Numbered from the stretch's first letter, positions 45,921 through 55,217 are shown. The stretch: 64,000 nucleotides of DNA from an uncultured Bacteroidia bacterium (GCA_902774045.1 CACYGW010000001.1:64070-128069); one strand, 5' to 3'. Notes: generated by a model not told the origin, from the sequence alone. Made by a program: numbers and translations.

Positions 45921-47504
45921 ATGGACAATATCAAGCCAAGCGAAATATCATCAGTGCTGCTGCGGCAGCTGGAATCAATGGACCTTTCCGTCAAGTTCCA
46001 GGAAATAGGCAAGGTCTTGCAGGTGAGCGACGGTGTGGCCAGAATCTACGGACTTGAAAGCGCAGAGTCCGGAGAGCTCCTTGAGTTTGACAACGGAGTA
46101 AGAGCCGTTGTAATGAATCTGGAGCAGGACAATGTGGGAGCTGTGCTCCTTGGCCCTACAGACCTTGTAAAGGAAGGGATGTCCGTGCGCAGGACCGGCC
46201 GTATAGCCTCCGTTAATGTGGGCGAGTCTATGCTGGGAAGGGTGGTAGACCCTCTTGGCAATCCGCTTGACGGCTTTGGCCCCATAGAGGGAGACCTGGT
46301 TCAGATGCCTCTGGAGCGCAAGGCTCCGGGAGTTATCTTCCGCCAGCCCGTCAACCAGCCGTTGCAGACAGGCCTCAAGGCCATAGATGCTATGATTCCT
46401 ATAGGCAGGGGGCAGAGAGAGCTTATTATCGGAGACCGTCAGACCGGAAAAACAGCCATAGCCATAGATACCATCATTAACCAGAGGGCCGGATATCTTG
46501 CCGGAGACCCCGTATATTGTATCTATGTGGCCGTGGGCCAGAAGGGCAGTACGGTTGCCAGTATAGTGGATACCCTAAGGTCCAAGGGAGCAATGGACTA
46601 TACCATAGTAGTGGCCGCTACGGCGTCTGATCCTGCCGCCCTTCAGTACTATGCTCCTTTCGCAGGCGCCGCCATAGGAGAGTACTTCAGGGATACGGGC
46701 CGCCACGCCCTCGTGGTCTATGACGATCTTTCCAAGCAGGCAGTGGCCTACCGCGAGGTGTCGCTTATTCTGCGCCGCCCGTCGGGCCGCGAGGCTTACC
46801 CCGGAGATGTGTTCTATCTTCACTCCAGACTCCTTGAAAGGGCCGCCAAAATCATCGACCAGCAGGAGGTTGCCCAGACAATGAACGACCTTCCCGCCTC
46901 CCTTAAGGGCCGCGTAAAGGCCGGAGGTTCGCTTACCGCCCTGCCAATAATAGAAACCCAGGCCGGGGATGTATCGGCCTACATACCTACAAATGTAATT
47001 TCCATTACCGACGGTCAGATATACCTGGAAAGCTCGCTGTTCAACCAGGGTATGCGCCCCGCCATCAATGTGGGCATATCGGTATCGCGTGTGGGTGGCA
47101 GCGCCCAGGTAAAGAGTATGAAAAAGGTGGCCGGTACGCTCAAGATAGACCAGGCTCAATATAATGAACTTGAGGCTTTTACAAAGTTCTCGTCCGATAT
47201 GGACAAGGTAACGGCCATGGCTATAGACAAGGGCCGCAAGAATAATAAGCTGCTTATCCAGCCCCAGTACAGCCCTATGCCCGTAGGGGAGCAGGTGGCA
47301 ATTCTGTACTGCGGCACAAATGCCCTTATGAAGGACATATCGGTAGACAACGTAATCGAGTTCCAGTCCGTTTTCCTGGATAAGATGCGCAGTCAGCATA
47401 AGGAAGATGTGCTTCAACCCCTGTCCAAGGGCATCATTAACGATGAAATAACGGAAATTTTGCGTGAGGAGGCTGCAACGGTGGCCGCCCAGTTTAAAGA
47501 TTAA
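45921..47504 (+). CDS. atpA: F1 ATP synthase alpha subunit
   Basis: 527 aa. Walker A GDRQTGKT and typical alpha-subunit regions ([23 protein letters not shown]). Confidence 0.97.
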   Translation: MDNIKPSEISSVLLRQLESMDLSVKFQEIGKVLQVSDGVARIYGLESAESGELLEFDNGVRAVVMNLEQDNVGAVLLGPTDLVKEGMSVRRTGRIASVNVGESMLGRVVDPLGNPLDGFGPIEGDLVQMPLERKAPGVIFRQPVNQPLQTGLKAIDAMIPIGRGQRELIIGDRQTGKTAIAIDTIINQRAGYLAGDPVYCIYVAVGQKGSTVASIVDTLRSKGAMDYTIVVAATASDPAALQYYAPFAGAAIGEYFRDTGRHALVVYDDLSKQAVAYREVSLILRRPSGREAYPGDVFYLHSRLLERAAKIIDQQEVAQTMNDLPASLKGRVKAGGSLTALPIIETQAGDVSAYIPTNVISITDGQIYLESSLFNQGMRPAINVGISVSRVGGSAQVKSMKKVAGTLKIDQAQYNELEAFTKFSSDMDKVTAMAIDKGRKNNKLLIQPQYSPMPVGEQVAILYCGTNALMKDISVDNVIEFQSVFLDKMRSQHKEDVLQPLSKGIINDEITEILREEAATVAAQFKD

Positions 47505-48364
47505 TGGCATCACTCAAGGAAATAAAGGGCAGGATAGCATCGGTAAAGAGCACCCTTAAGATTACTTCCGCAATGAAGATGGTAGCATCGTCCAAATTGC
47601 GCAAGGCTCAGAATGCCGTTGCCGGAATGCTGCCTTATTCTACTGCGCTGGGGGGCATACTGGAAGACCTTATGGCCCCGGCAAACGTAGATGAGGCTTA
47701 CTTTCGTCCCCTCCCCACGGAGGAGCCGGCCAAAGTAGCCCTTGTCTGCCTTTCCTCAAATTCTTCCCTTTGCGGAGCCTTTAACTCCAACGTGCTAAAA
47801 AAGGCTCTGGCCGCGGCAGGGGAGTACAAAGCCCTGAGATATGGAGTAACCATCGTCCCGATAGGTAAAAAAATATCAGATTCTGCCGCCAAGGCGGGCT
47901 ATGGCCCCTTCCGGGATTATTCCGCCCTGTGCGCCCGTCCCAACTATGAAGAGGCCGCCTCGCTTGCAGACCGTCTTGTGGCCGGTTTTCTTGCAGGCGG
48001 GATAGATAAAATAGAATTCATTTACAATCATTATAAAAGCGCTTCGTCCCAGGAGACGGTGCGCGAGGTCTTCCTGCCAATGACTTCCGTAGAGGAGTCC
48101 GGAAGGCAGGAAAGGGATCTTATAGTAGAGCCTTCCAGCCGTGAGCAGGTGGCGCTGCTTCTTCCCAAGGTGCTTAGGCTCAGGCTGTTCACCGTGCTTC
48201 TGGACAGTGCAGCTTCCGAGCATGCTGCCCGTACTTTGGCGATGCAGATTGCTACGGACAATGCCAATGAACTTTTGCAGGAGCTTAATCTTGAGTATAA
48301 CAAGGGCCGCCAGCAAAAGATTACAAGTGAAATCCTGGATCTTGAAGGAGGCGCGGCTCAGTAG
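47504..48364 (+). CDS. atpG: F1 ATP synthase gamma subunit
   Basis: 286 aa. The N-terminal SLKEIKGRIASVKSTLKITSAMKMVASSKLRKAQ and the C-terminal NKGRQQKITSEILDL helices are typical of gamma. The start shares a base with the atpA stop (TAATG). Confidence 0.93.
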   Translation: MASLKEIKGRIASVKSTLKITSAMKMVASSKLRKAQNAVAGMLPYSTALGGILEDLMAPANVDEAYFRPLPTEEPAKVALVCLSSNSSLCGAFNSNVLKKALAAAGEYKALRYGVTIVPIGKKISDSAAKAGYGPFRDYSALCARPNYEEAASLADRLVAGFLAGGIDKIEFIYNHYKSASSQETVREVFLPMTSVEESGRQERDLIVEPSSREQVALLLPKVLRLRLFTVLLDSAASEHAARTLAMQIATDNANELLQELNLEYNKGRQQKITSEILDLEGGAAQ

Positions 48365-48365
48365 T

Positions 48366-49595
48366 ATGAAACGGCTCTCTCTCATATTCTGGGGTCTGGC
48401 CCTATGTTTTCTGGCCTTTGGCTGCGGAGGCAGGGAGCCGCTTGTACTGGGGGACCAGAGGACCGATGTATACCTGCCCCTCCTGGAAGGGAAGCGGGTG
48501 GCGGTATTTACCAACCACACCGGCATTGTAGGCAATGTAATAAAGGATACGGTTTTGGCCGATGGTGCCCTTCTCCAGACCGATGATACCCTTCACACCG
48601 GCCCCAATATAGTGGATGTATTGTACGCACAGGGGGTGAATCTTGCCTTGATTTTTACTCCGGAACACGGATTCCGCGGGAATGCCGATGCCGGAGGTTA
48701 TGTGGGCGATGGTACCGATTCTCACACCGGGACACCTATCTGCTCATTGTATAAGCCGGGCGGATATGTTCCTTCCGACGAGGTGATGTCTACATTTGAC
48801 GTACTTGTGGTTGATATTCAGGATGTCGGAGTTAGATTCTACACCTATTACGTTACTTTAAAGAGGCTTATGGAGGTCTGCGCCGTCCACGATAAAATGG
48901 TGGTTGTGCTGGACAGGCCCAATCCAAACGGGTTTTTTGTGGACGGTCCTGTTCTGGACATGTCCCTGCGCTCCGGGGTGGGGGCCATCCCGGTTCCCGT
49001 GGTGCACGGAATGACCCTTGGAGAACTTGCCCTTATGATGAACGGAGAAATGTGGCTGGATGGCGGCAGGTCCTGCGCCCTGGCAGTAGTGCCCTGTCTT
49101 GGATACAGGCACGGCGACAGGACGTCCCTTGTCATTATGCCCTCTCCCAACCTAAAGGAGATGGCGGCTGTGCTGGCCTATCCTTCAACTTGTTATTTTG
49201 AGGGGACGATAGTTTCCCTTGGCCGCGGCACGGATAAGCCCTTCCTTGTCTATGGGCATCCCGATATTGCCGACGGCTATGCTTTTACCCCTCAGGGCCG
49301 TCCCGGTGCCTGGAATCCTCCGTGCAAGGATGAACTTTGCAGGGGGACCAGTCTTACGGAGACATCGGCCTACATAGGAAAGGTGGATTTTTCCTATGTG
49401 ATTGATGCTTATCAGCGGCTTGGCGGCCGGGAGGATTTCTTCCTTAAAAACGGATTTTTTAACCTTCTTGCAGGGCAGAGCTCCGTTAAGGAAGGTATTA
49501 TTGCCGGGAAGTCTGCTGCCCAGATTGCCGGCGAGTGGAAAGAGGATGTCGAGTCTTTCAAGCTGATAAGAAGCAAGTATTTATTGTACGAGTAA
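48366..49595 (+). CDS. DUF1343 family protein (NamZ-like exo-beta-N-acetylmuramidase family), lipoprotein
   Basis: 409 aa from the ATG at 48366 (MKRLSLIFWGLALCFLAFGCGG lipobox). VAVFTNHTGI, FTPEHGFRG, DIQDVGVRFYTY and LDRPNP match DUF1343. The upstream part of the ORF-track frame overlaps atpG and is rejected. Confidence 0.8.
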   Translation: MKRLSLIFWGLALCFLAFGCGGREPLVLGDQRTDVYLPLLEGKRVAVFTNHTGIVGNVIKDTVLADGALLQTDDTLHTGPNIVDVLYAQGVNLALIFTPEHGFRGNADAGGYVGDGTDSHTGTPICSLYKPGGYVPSDEVMSTFDVLVVDIQDVGVRFYTYYVTLKRLMEVCAVHDKMVVVLDRPNPNGFFVDGPVLDMSLRSGVGAIPVPVVHGMTLGELALMMNGEMWLDGGRSCALAVVPCLGYRHGDRTSLVIMPSPNLKEMAAVLAYPSTCYFEGTIVSLGRGTDKPFLVYGHPDIADGYAFTPQGRPGAWNPPCKDELCRGTSLTETSAYIGKVDFSYVIDAYQRLGGREDFFLKNGFFNLLAGQSSVKEGIIAGKSAAQIAGEWKEDVESFKLIRSKYLLYE

Positions 49596-49613
49596 ACATT
49601 TTAAAAATATAAT

Positions 49614-51458
49614 ATGGAGACTTTAATACTGCCGCCCGGATTTCCACTCAAGGGCGGGAATTACAAAATCACAAAGCTGCTGGGCCAGGGTGGCTTTGGA
49701 ATTACCTATGAAGCCGAGCAGGTTTTGCTTGGAAGGAAAGTTGCCGTGAAAGAGTTCTTTATGAAGGACTCCTGTAACAGGGACTCAACATCGTCGGCCG
49801 TTTCTATTCCGGCCACGGGAAGTTGTGAGCTTGTAGAAAAGTTCAGGGACAAGTTCATACGCGAGGCAAGGCTCATTGCCTCTATGAATAACCCGCACAT
49901 TGTAAGAATTTACGATGTGTTTGAGGAAAACGATACCGCATACTATGTAATGGAGGCGCTGGACGGAGGCTCTCTCACCGACTTGGTTAAGAGAGAGGGC
50001 GCCCTGCCGGAACCCAGGGCCATAGAGTATATCCGCCAGTTGGGCGAGGCTCTTGGCTACATTCATAAGCGCAATATCCTTCACCTTGACGTTAAGCCTT
50101 CAAATGTTCTTCTTGGCCCAGAGGGGGAGGCTGTGCTCATAGACTTTGGTATTTCCAAGAGGTACGACGAGGGTGGTAATCAGACCAGTTCCACTCCCGT
50201 GGGCATAAGCGAGGGCTTTGCCCCCGGCGAGCAGTATCGAGCCGGAGATATATCTACCTTTAAACCGGCTACGGATATTTATTCCCTGGGTGCTACATTG
50301 TACTATCTTGTAACAGCTACAGTTCCGCCGTCTGCAACGGAAGTGCTGAACGAGGGCCTTGCTCGTCCGGAGGGTATTTCGGATGTTACCTGGACTGCCA
50401 TAGAAAGGGCTATGGCTCCAAGGGTTAAGGATCGTCCCCAGAGTGCTGCGGAGTTCCTTGCCCTTTTGCCTGCGGGAGAGGCTCCCGTGGCTCCGGCACC
50501 ATCGGCCCCGGCCCCTTCTGTAGAGGGTACCGTCCTTCCCGGAGAGGTGTTCCCTCCCGCACAGGAAGTTCCAGCCCAGCAGGCTCCTTATTATCCTCAG
50601 GAAGTGGCTCCTCAGGAGGCTGCTCCCAAAAAGAAGAAGGGTAAGGGCGTTCTGGTTGGCATAATATCCGGTATCGTTGCAGCCGCAATAGGCGCCGGAG
50701 TGTATATTTATTTGGGGCAGAATAAGGAGGGTTCTACTGATACAGAGGATAATACTGCTGTGGCTCAGACAGAAACTCCTTCTGCCGATAAGCCGGAGAC
50801 TGTGCCCGGCCGTCCTTCGGGGGCATCACAGGGTTCCGCCGCTCCTTCTACTCCTTCGCAGCCGGCAGAGAGTTCTTCGTCAGGGACTCCTGCATCATCG
50901 GCCGCAGACAATGCAATTGCGTCGGGCCCCGAGGCTGGTTCCGAGGCCGGTCACGACTGGGTTAATCTTGGTCTTTCCGTAAGGTGGGCTACCTGCAATC
51001 TTGGAGCTACATCGCTGGAGCAGCCGGGTCTGTATTATGCCTGGGGAGAGCTTTTGCCCAAGCAGAATTACAGTGCCGATACCTATAAGGCTTCTCCTTC
51101 ACTTTCTAATGTTTCTGTTTCCGAGGATGCTGCCCGCGCCGTTTGGAAGGGTAGCTGGAGGCTTCCTACCAAGAAGGAGGTTACGGAATTGGTTAACAAG
51201 TGCAAGTGGGAGTGGATTAAGCAGAATGGCCGCCCGGGATATAAGGTTACAGGTCCTAACGGTAAGAGCATCTTCCTTCCTGCAGCCGGATTAAGGGATG
51301 GTTCCGCTGCTCCCGGTATGGGCTCTACCGGAGTTTATGCCACTTCTGCCGGGGCTTCGGATGCAAAGGCTTCCTGTGTTAAGTTTGATGAGAGGGGCAA
51401 GTCTGTTTCTTCAGAGGAGCGCAGGATGGGCTTCTCTATAAGGCCCGTGTGCAAGTAG
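49614..51458 (+). CDS. Hanks-type Ser/Thr protein kinase - Pro-rich linker - TM helix - extracytoplasmic FISUMP/DUF1566-like domain
   Basis: 614 aa. Gly-loop GQGGFG, VAVK lysine, catalytic loop HLDVKPSN (Leu in place of the usual Arg), and DFG. The TM helix is VLVGIISGIVAAAIGAGVYIYLG (aa ~346-368). The C-terminal ~165 aa (WATCNLGA, YYAWGE, WRLPTKKEV, GFSIRPVCK) resembles the Fibrobacter succinogenes major paralogous / DUF1566 fold. Confidence 0.85.
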   Translation: METLILPPGFPLKGGNYKITKLLGQGGFGITYEAEQVLLGRKVAVKEFFMKDSCNRDSTSSAVSIPATGSCELVEKFRDKFIREARLIASMNNPHIVRIYDVFEENDTAYYVMEALDGGSLTDLVKREGALPEPRAIEYIRQLGEALGYIHKRNILHLDVKPSNVLLGPEGEAVLIDFGISKRYDEGGNQTSSTPVGISEGFAPGEQYRAGDISTFKPATDIYSLGATLYYLVTATVPPSATEVLNEGLARPEGISDVTWTAIERAMAPRVKDRPQSAAEFLALLPAGEAPVAPAPSAPAPSVEGTVLPGEVFPPAQEVPAQQAPYYPQEVAPQEAAPKKKKGKGVLVGIISGIVAAAIGAGVYIYLGQNKEGSTDTEDNTAVAQTETPSADKPETVPGRPSGASQGSAAPSTPSQPAESSSSGTPASSAADNAIASGPEAGSEAGHDWVNLGLSVRWATCNLGATSLEQPGLYYAWGELLPKQNYSADTYKASPSLSNVSVSEDAARAVWKGSWRLPTKKEVTELVNKCKWEWIKQNGRPGYKVTGPNGKSIFLPAAGLRDGSAAPGMGSTGVYATSAGASDAKASCVKFDERGKSVSSEERRMGFSIRPVCK

Positions 51459-51480
51459 GGTTCTGCTTTAGATATTGAAA

Positions 51481-51515
51481 AACCGGCTTCAGAGGGTTCT
51501 GAGGCCGGTTCTTTC
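51481..51515 (+). terminator. Intrinsic terminator after the kinase gene
   Basis: AACCGGCTTCAGA (51481-51493) pairs with TCTGAGGCCGGTT (51498-51510), a 13-bp stem with one G-U pair and a 4-nt loop. It is followed by CTTTC. Confidence 0.7.
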
Positions 51516-51621
51516 AACTAACACTAACACTTACTCAATATGACTAATACTAACTATGAAGTTTTCTGACCAGTGTTATTGCTAAAAGCGTGCCAAAGTG
51601 AAAATTTTTTAAAAAATTGTT

Positions 51622-51705
51622 CTTTCCGAGATGTAGATTTCGCTCTTTCCGAGATTTGCCCGGCCCTTTGGGCCGGCCACATCTCGCCCCGCCTGCCGGC
51701 GGGGC
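51622..51705. repeat. GC-rich cluster of nested hairpins and an 11-bp direct repeat in otherwise AT-rich spacer
   Basis: Direct repeat CTTTCCGAGAT at 51622-51632 and 51645-51655. Outer stem CGAGATGT (51627-51634) / ACATCTCG (51679-51686). Hairpins CCGGCCC-TTT-GGGCCGG (51660-51676) and GCCCCGCC-TGCC-GGCGGGGC (51686-51705). The GAGATTT..GGCCCTTTGGGCC part resembles the 4405-4430 part of the repeat at 4345-4444. Confidence 0.6.
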
Positions 51706-51716
51706 TTGCCAAACCG

Positions 51717-51756
51717 AAAAAAAAGAAACACCAAATCGATTTGGTGTTTCCTTTTT
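51717..51756 (-). terminator. Intrinsic terminator downstream of tRNA-Ser (usable in both directions)
   Basis: Perfect 26-nt palindrome GAAACACCAAATCGATTTGGTGTTTC (51725-51750). It is flanked by A8 on the left (U8 on the minus-strand transcript) and T5 on the right. Confidence 0.85.
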
Positions 51757-51762
51757 CCTGTT

Positions 51763-51853
51763 TGGCGGAAAGAGCGAGATTCGAACTCGCGATACCCTTT
51801 TGGGGTACACACGCTTTCCAGGCGTGCCTCTTCAGCCACTCGAGCATCTTTCC
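51763..51853 (-). tRNA. tRNA-Ser (anticodon GGA), CCA encoded
   Basis: The minus strand reads GGAAAGA TG CTC GAGTGGCTGAA GAG G CACGC CTGGAAA GCGTG TGTACCCCAAAAGGGTATC GCGAG TTCGAAT CTCGC TCTTTCC G CCA. It has a 7-bp acceptor stem, a 3-bp D stem, a 5-bp anticodon stem with loop CU-GGA-AA, a long variable arm (TACCC/GGGTA) and a T arm with TTCGAAT. Confidence 0.95.
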
Positions 51854-51868
51854 AGTCTTTTGGGACTG

Positions 51869-51876
51869 CAAATATA
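51869..51876 (-). promoter_or_regulatory. Bacteroidota -7 promoter box for tRNA-Ser (TATATTTG on minus strand)
   Basis: The plus strand reads CAAATATA, an exact TAnnTTTG on the minus strand, ending 15 nt upstream of the mature tRNA 5' end. Confidence 0.55.
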
Positions 51877-52102
51877 GTAAAAACTCTGGAAAACAGCACT
51901 CATTATTAAAAAAAATAAAAAAATTATTTCTTTTCAAAAAAATCGCCTCTTTCAATTTGTAAGGATTTTTGCGCAAAATCATTATAATTCGAAAGCACAA
52001 GTCCGAGTTCTTAATGAAAAATACCAGTTAAAACGATATAAAAACCCCTAAAGGCTTAATTATAAAGCCGTTTTTATTATTGGAAATAAATTAAAAGTTG
52101 TT

Positions 52103-52110
52103 TATCTTTG
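52103..52110 (+). promoter_or_regulatory. Bacteroidota -7 promoter box (TATCTTTG) for the second SusC/SusD locus
   Basis: Exact TAnnTTTG 84 nt upstream of the SusC ATG (52194), implying a leader of about 75-80 nt. Confidence 0.5.
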
Positions 52111-52193
52111 TCTCGTATTGCCTTTGCCTTACAGCAATGGCAACGTGTGTTATAGGGGAAAGTATACACAAAAATCAATATTAACTTAAAACA

Positions 52194-55100
52194 ATGCTTA
52201 TGGAAAGAATTAAGCTTTTATTCGCTTCCTTGTTCGTTCTGTTTGCAGTAGCAACAGCTAATGCGCAGAATGTCAAGGTATCCGGTGTTGTTACGGATGA
52301 AGCCGGTTTCCCTGTTCCGGGAGCTACCGTTATGATTCCTAACACAACAACCGGTACTTCTACCAACGGAGCCGGCGAGTATTCCCTCACAGTTCCCTCC
52401 AATGCAACACTCCTTGTTACCTGCGTAGGTTATAAGGATGCTCTTGTCAGTGTTGGCGGCCGTGCCAAGATTGACATCACCATTAAGGAGGATGTAAGTG
52501 TTCTGGAACAGTCAATCGTCGTCGGTTACGGATCGGCCCAGAAGGTAGGAAACCTCGTGGGCTCAGTTAAAACCGTTTCGTCAGAGACCATCAAGGCTTC
52601 GGCCACTGCATCACCTCTGGATATGCTTTCAGGTCAGGTTGCAGGTCTTTCTGTTCTTACCACCGGTGGTGTAGCAGGTGATAACAACGTATCCCTCACC
52701 CTCCACGGTATTGGCTCTCTGTCATCAGGTACCACTCCTTTGTTCATCGTTGACGGTGTTCCTGCTTCCAGCAGCACAGTTATGAATATGAACCCTAACG
52801 ACATTCTTGCAATGTCCGTGCTCAAGGATGCATCCGCAACTTCCATTTACGGATCACGTGCAGCAAACGGTGTTGTATTCGTAACCACAAAGACCGGTGC
52901 CTACAATAACAGCGCAACTGTAACAGTTCGTTCCCAGTACGGTATCTCCACTCTCGCAGACTTCACAATGTACAAAAACATGATGAGCGGAGACGACCTC
53001 AAGGACTTCTGGATCAATTCCGGTATTTACACCTACGACTATGTAAAGACTGTTTACACAGACCGTGGATACAACTACAATACCAAGTGGCACAAGTACT
53101 TCCAGCAGTTCAACAACCCTCAGAGCCAGAACGATGTAACTATCGAAGGCGGTAGCAACGTTGTTGCTTACAACATTTCCGCATCACAGTTCCATCAGAG
53201 AGGTAACACTATCGGCAACTACTACGATCGTTACACCCTCCGTACAAACGTACAGGCTCACCCCAAGGATTGGCTCAAGGTTGGTACCAACATCAACTTC
53301 TCCGTATCACAGAAGTCATCCAACGGCAACTGGGGAGACAGTGGCAGCGCAGGTGGAAACAACTACCTCGTGGGTGGTCTTTCAATGATGCTCAACCCTC
53401 TCTATCCTGCAATCGACCCTGTTACCGGTTCAAGGTATGAGTATGTTTATCCTCTGTTCGCTTCTGCTTACAACTGGGAGACCTTAGTTAAGTACAGAGG
53501 CAACTACACCAACTACTACGGTGTAATGGGTTCTGCCTTCGTAGAACTGGAGCCCATCAAGGACCTCAAGATAACCAGCCGCGCAGGTGTGGACGCTAGG
53601 TTCAACTCATTCAAGTATCGTTCAATGGCTGCCTGGGCAGAGATGTTCCCTTCACACACTTCAGGAAGAAGCCGTTCATTCACCCGCGATTACTCTGCAA
53701 CCGTTACCAATACAATTGAGTACTCACACGTATTCAATGACAATCATCGCTTCAGCGTACTTGCAGGTCACGAGGGTATCTACAACGATTACGATTACTT
53801 CTGGGCTTATTCAGAGAATCAGATAGACGACCGTATCCTCCTTCTCCAGAAGGGTGAGCAGAAAACCTTCGATATGGAAGAGAGCCGTTCCCAGAGCTCA
53901 TTCCTCTCATTCTTTGCACACGCAGACTACAGCCTTATGGACAAGTACATCATTGATGTTTCTGCACGTACAGATGCTTCTTCCCGTTTTGGTTCCGACA
54001 ACCGTTGGGCAAGATTCTGGGCAGCAGGTGTTCTGTGGAAAGCTAAGAAAGAGGCCTTCCTTAAAGATGTAGAGTGGCTCAATGAACTCAGCCTTAAAGT
54101 TAGCTACGGTACCCAGGGTAATGCCGCCATTGGTAACTATTCTTCACAGGCGACCCTTGGTGATCAGAATATCGGCTCCTACGCAGATCAATCTTGTTTG
54201 TTTATAGCAACTCCTAACAACAAGAATCTTTCCTGGGAGCAGCAGGCTCTTGGAACCGTTGCCGTCAGCGCACGTGTATTCGACAAGGTAAGCGTTGAGG
54301 TAGAAGTTTACAACCGTAAGACTACCGATATGCTTATGTCCCGTCCTCTCCCTTACAGCACTGGTTTCACCTCAGTTACAACTAACGTAGGCGGTCTCCA
54401 GAACAGGGGTATCGATATCACCATCGGCGTAGACATTCTCAAGAGTAGGGATTACGCCCTCAACTTCAACGCCGCATTCAACTACAACAAGCAGAAGATT
54501 ACCGAACTCTTCGACGGTCGTAAGGAGTGGGAAATTGTCAATACAGGTGTTACCTACGTTGTAGGCCAGCCCGTATCCTTCTACTATCCTATTTATGCAG
54601 GTGTAGATCCGGCAGACGGAAAGCAGATGTGGTATCTCCCCGGAGAGGACATCAACGTTTGTACAAAGGATCCCAGCCGCACTACCAAGGTGTTCGTCGA
54701 GTCAGACCTTCGTCAGAATACAGGTAAAGAGCGTTACGCTCCTATCAACGGTGGTTTCGGAATTTCCGGTAGGTATAAGAACCTGAGTGTTAAAGCAGAC
54801 TTCAACTACACTCTTGGCAAGTACCTCATCAATAACGATGCTTACTTCTATAACAACCCTAACACTTTTGCGGGTTACAACCAGTCCAAGGCCGTTACTG
54901 ATTTCTGGACACCCAGAAACACCGATGCAAAATATCCCTCATGGGCCGATGGTGCAGAGATGCATTTTGATACCCACCTCCTTGAGAACGCTTCCTTCAT
55001 GCGCCTTAAGAGCTTGCAGATAGGATACAGCCTTCCTAAGAACCTTCTTAATTGGGCCGGCGGTGTACTTAGCGATGTTAAGTTTACCTTCACAGGCCGT

Positions 55101-55217
55101 AACTTGTTCACTATTACCAAGTATATGGGTTCAGACCCTGAGGCTGATTCCAACATTACCCTGGGTCTTCCTGGTAATACAAGACAGTATCTTGGTGGTA
55201 TAGAGATTACATTCTAA
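52194..55217 (+). CDS. SusC/RagA-family TonB-linked outer membrane transporter
   Basis: 1007 aa. Signal LFASLFVLFAVATANA. CarboxypepD_reg-like VSGVVTDEAGFPVPGATVMIPNTTTGTSTNGAGEYSL. Plug IVVGYGSAQKVGNLVGSVKTV. Barrel ending in GGIEITF. No STN domain is seen. Confidence 0.95.
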   Translation: MLMERIKLLFASLFVLFAVATANAQNVKVSGVVTDEAGFPVPGATVMIPNTTTGTSTNGAGEYSLTVPSNATLLVTCVGYKDALVSVGGRAKIDITIKEDVSVLEQSIVVGYGSAQKVGNLVGSVKTVSSETIKASATASPLDMLSGQVAGLSVLTTGGVAGDNNVSLTLHGIGSLSSGTTPLFIVDGVPASSSTVMNMNPNDILAMSVLKDASATSIYGSRAANGVVFVTTKTGAYNNSATVTVRSQYGISTLADFTMYKNMMSGDDLKDFWINSGIYTYDYVKTVYTDRGYNYNTKWHKYFQQFNNPQSQNDVTIEGGSNVVAYNISASQFHQRGNTIGNYYDRYTLRTNVQAHPKDWLKVGTNINFSVSQKSSNGNWGDSGSAGGNNYLVGGLSMMLNPLYPAIDPVTGSRYEYVYPLFASAYNWETLVKYRGNYTNYYGVMGSAFVELEPIKDLKITSRAGVDARFNSFKYRSMAAWAEMFPSHTSGRSRSFTRDYSATVTNTIEYSHVFNDNHRFSVLAGHEGIYNDYDYFWAYSENQIDDRILLLQKGEQKTFDMEESRSQSSFLSFFAHADYSLMDKYIIDVSARTDASSRFGSDNRWARFWAAGVLWKAKKEAFLKDVEWLNELSLKVSYGTQGNAAIGNYSSQATLGDQNIGSYADQSCLFIATPNNKNLSWEQQALGTVAVSARVFDKVSVEVEVYNRKTTDMLMSRPLPYSTGFTSVTTNVGGLQNRGIDITIGVDILKSRDYALNFNAAFNYNKQKITELFDGRKEWEIVNTGVTYVVGQPVSFYYPIYAGVDPADGKQMWYLPGEDINVCTKDPSRTTKVFVESDLRQNTGKERYAPINGGFGISGRYKNLSVKADFNYTLGKYLINNDAYFYNNPNTFAGYNQSKAVTDFWTPRNTDAKYPSWADGAEMHFDTHLLENASFMRLKSLQIGYSLPKNLLNWAGGVLSDVKFTFTGRNLFTITKYMGSDPEADSNITLGLPGNTRQYLGGIEITF

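Noticed and set aside
48141-48365. Upstream extension of the DUF1343 gene (ORF-track start 48141), overlapping atpG by 224 nt.
   Set aside because: The extension overlaps the well-supported atpG frame. A canonical lipoprotein signal (MKRLSLIFWGLALCFLAFGC) begins at the ATG at 48366, 2 nt after the atpG stop.
50470-50640. Pro/Ala/Gln-rich stretch in the kinase (APVAPAPSAPAPS...QEVPAQQAPYYPQEVAPQEAAP), considered as a possible DNA tandem repeat or contingency locus.
   Set aside because: It is only short, imperfect amino-acid periodicity with no clean nucleotide tandem unit. It is typical of a disordered juxtamembrane linker.
51550-52000. Several 60-148 aa ORFs on both strands (51550-51810, 51554-52000, 51573-51962, 51609-51899, 51617-51877, 51706-51909).
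   Set aside because: They overlap one another, the tRNA-Ser gene and terminator hairpins. Their translations are repeat-derived or low-complexity, with no motifs.
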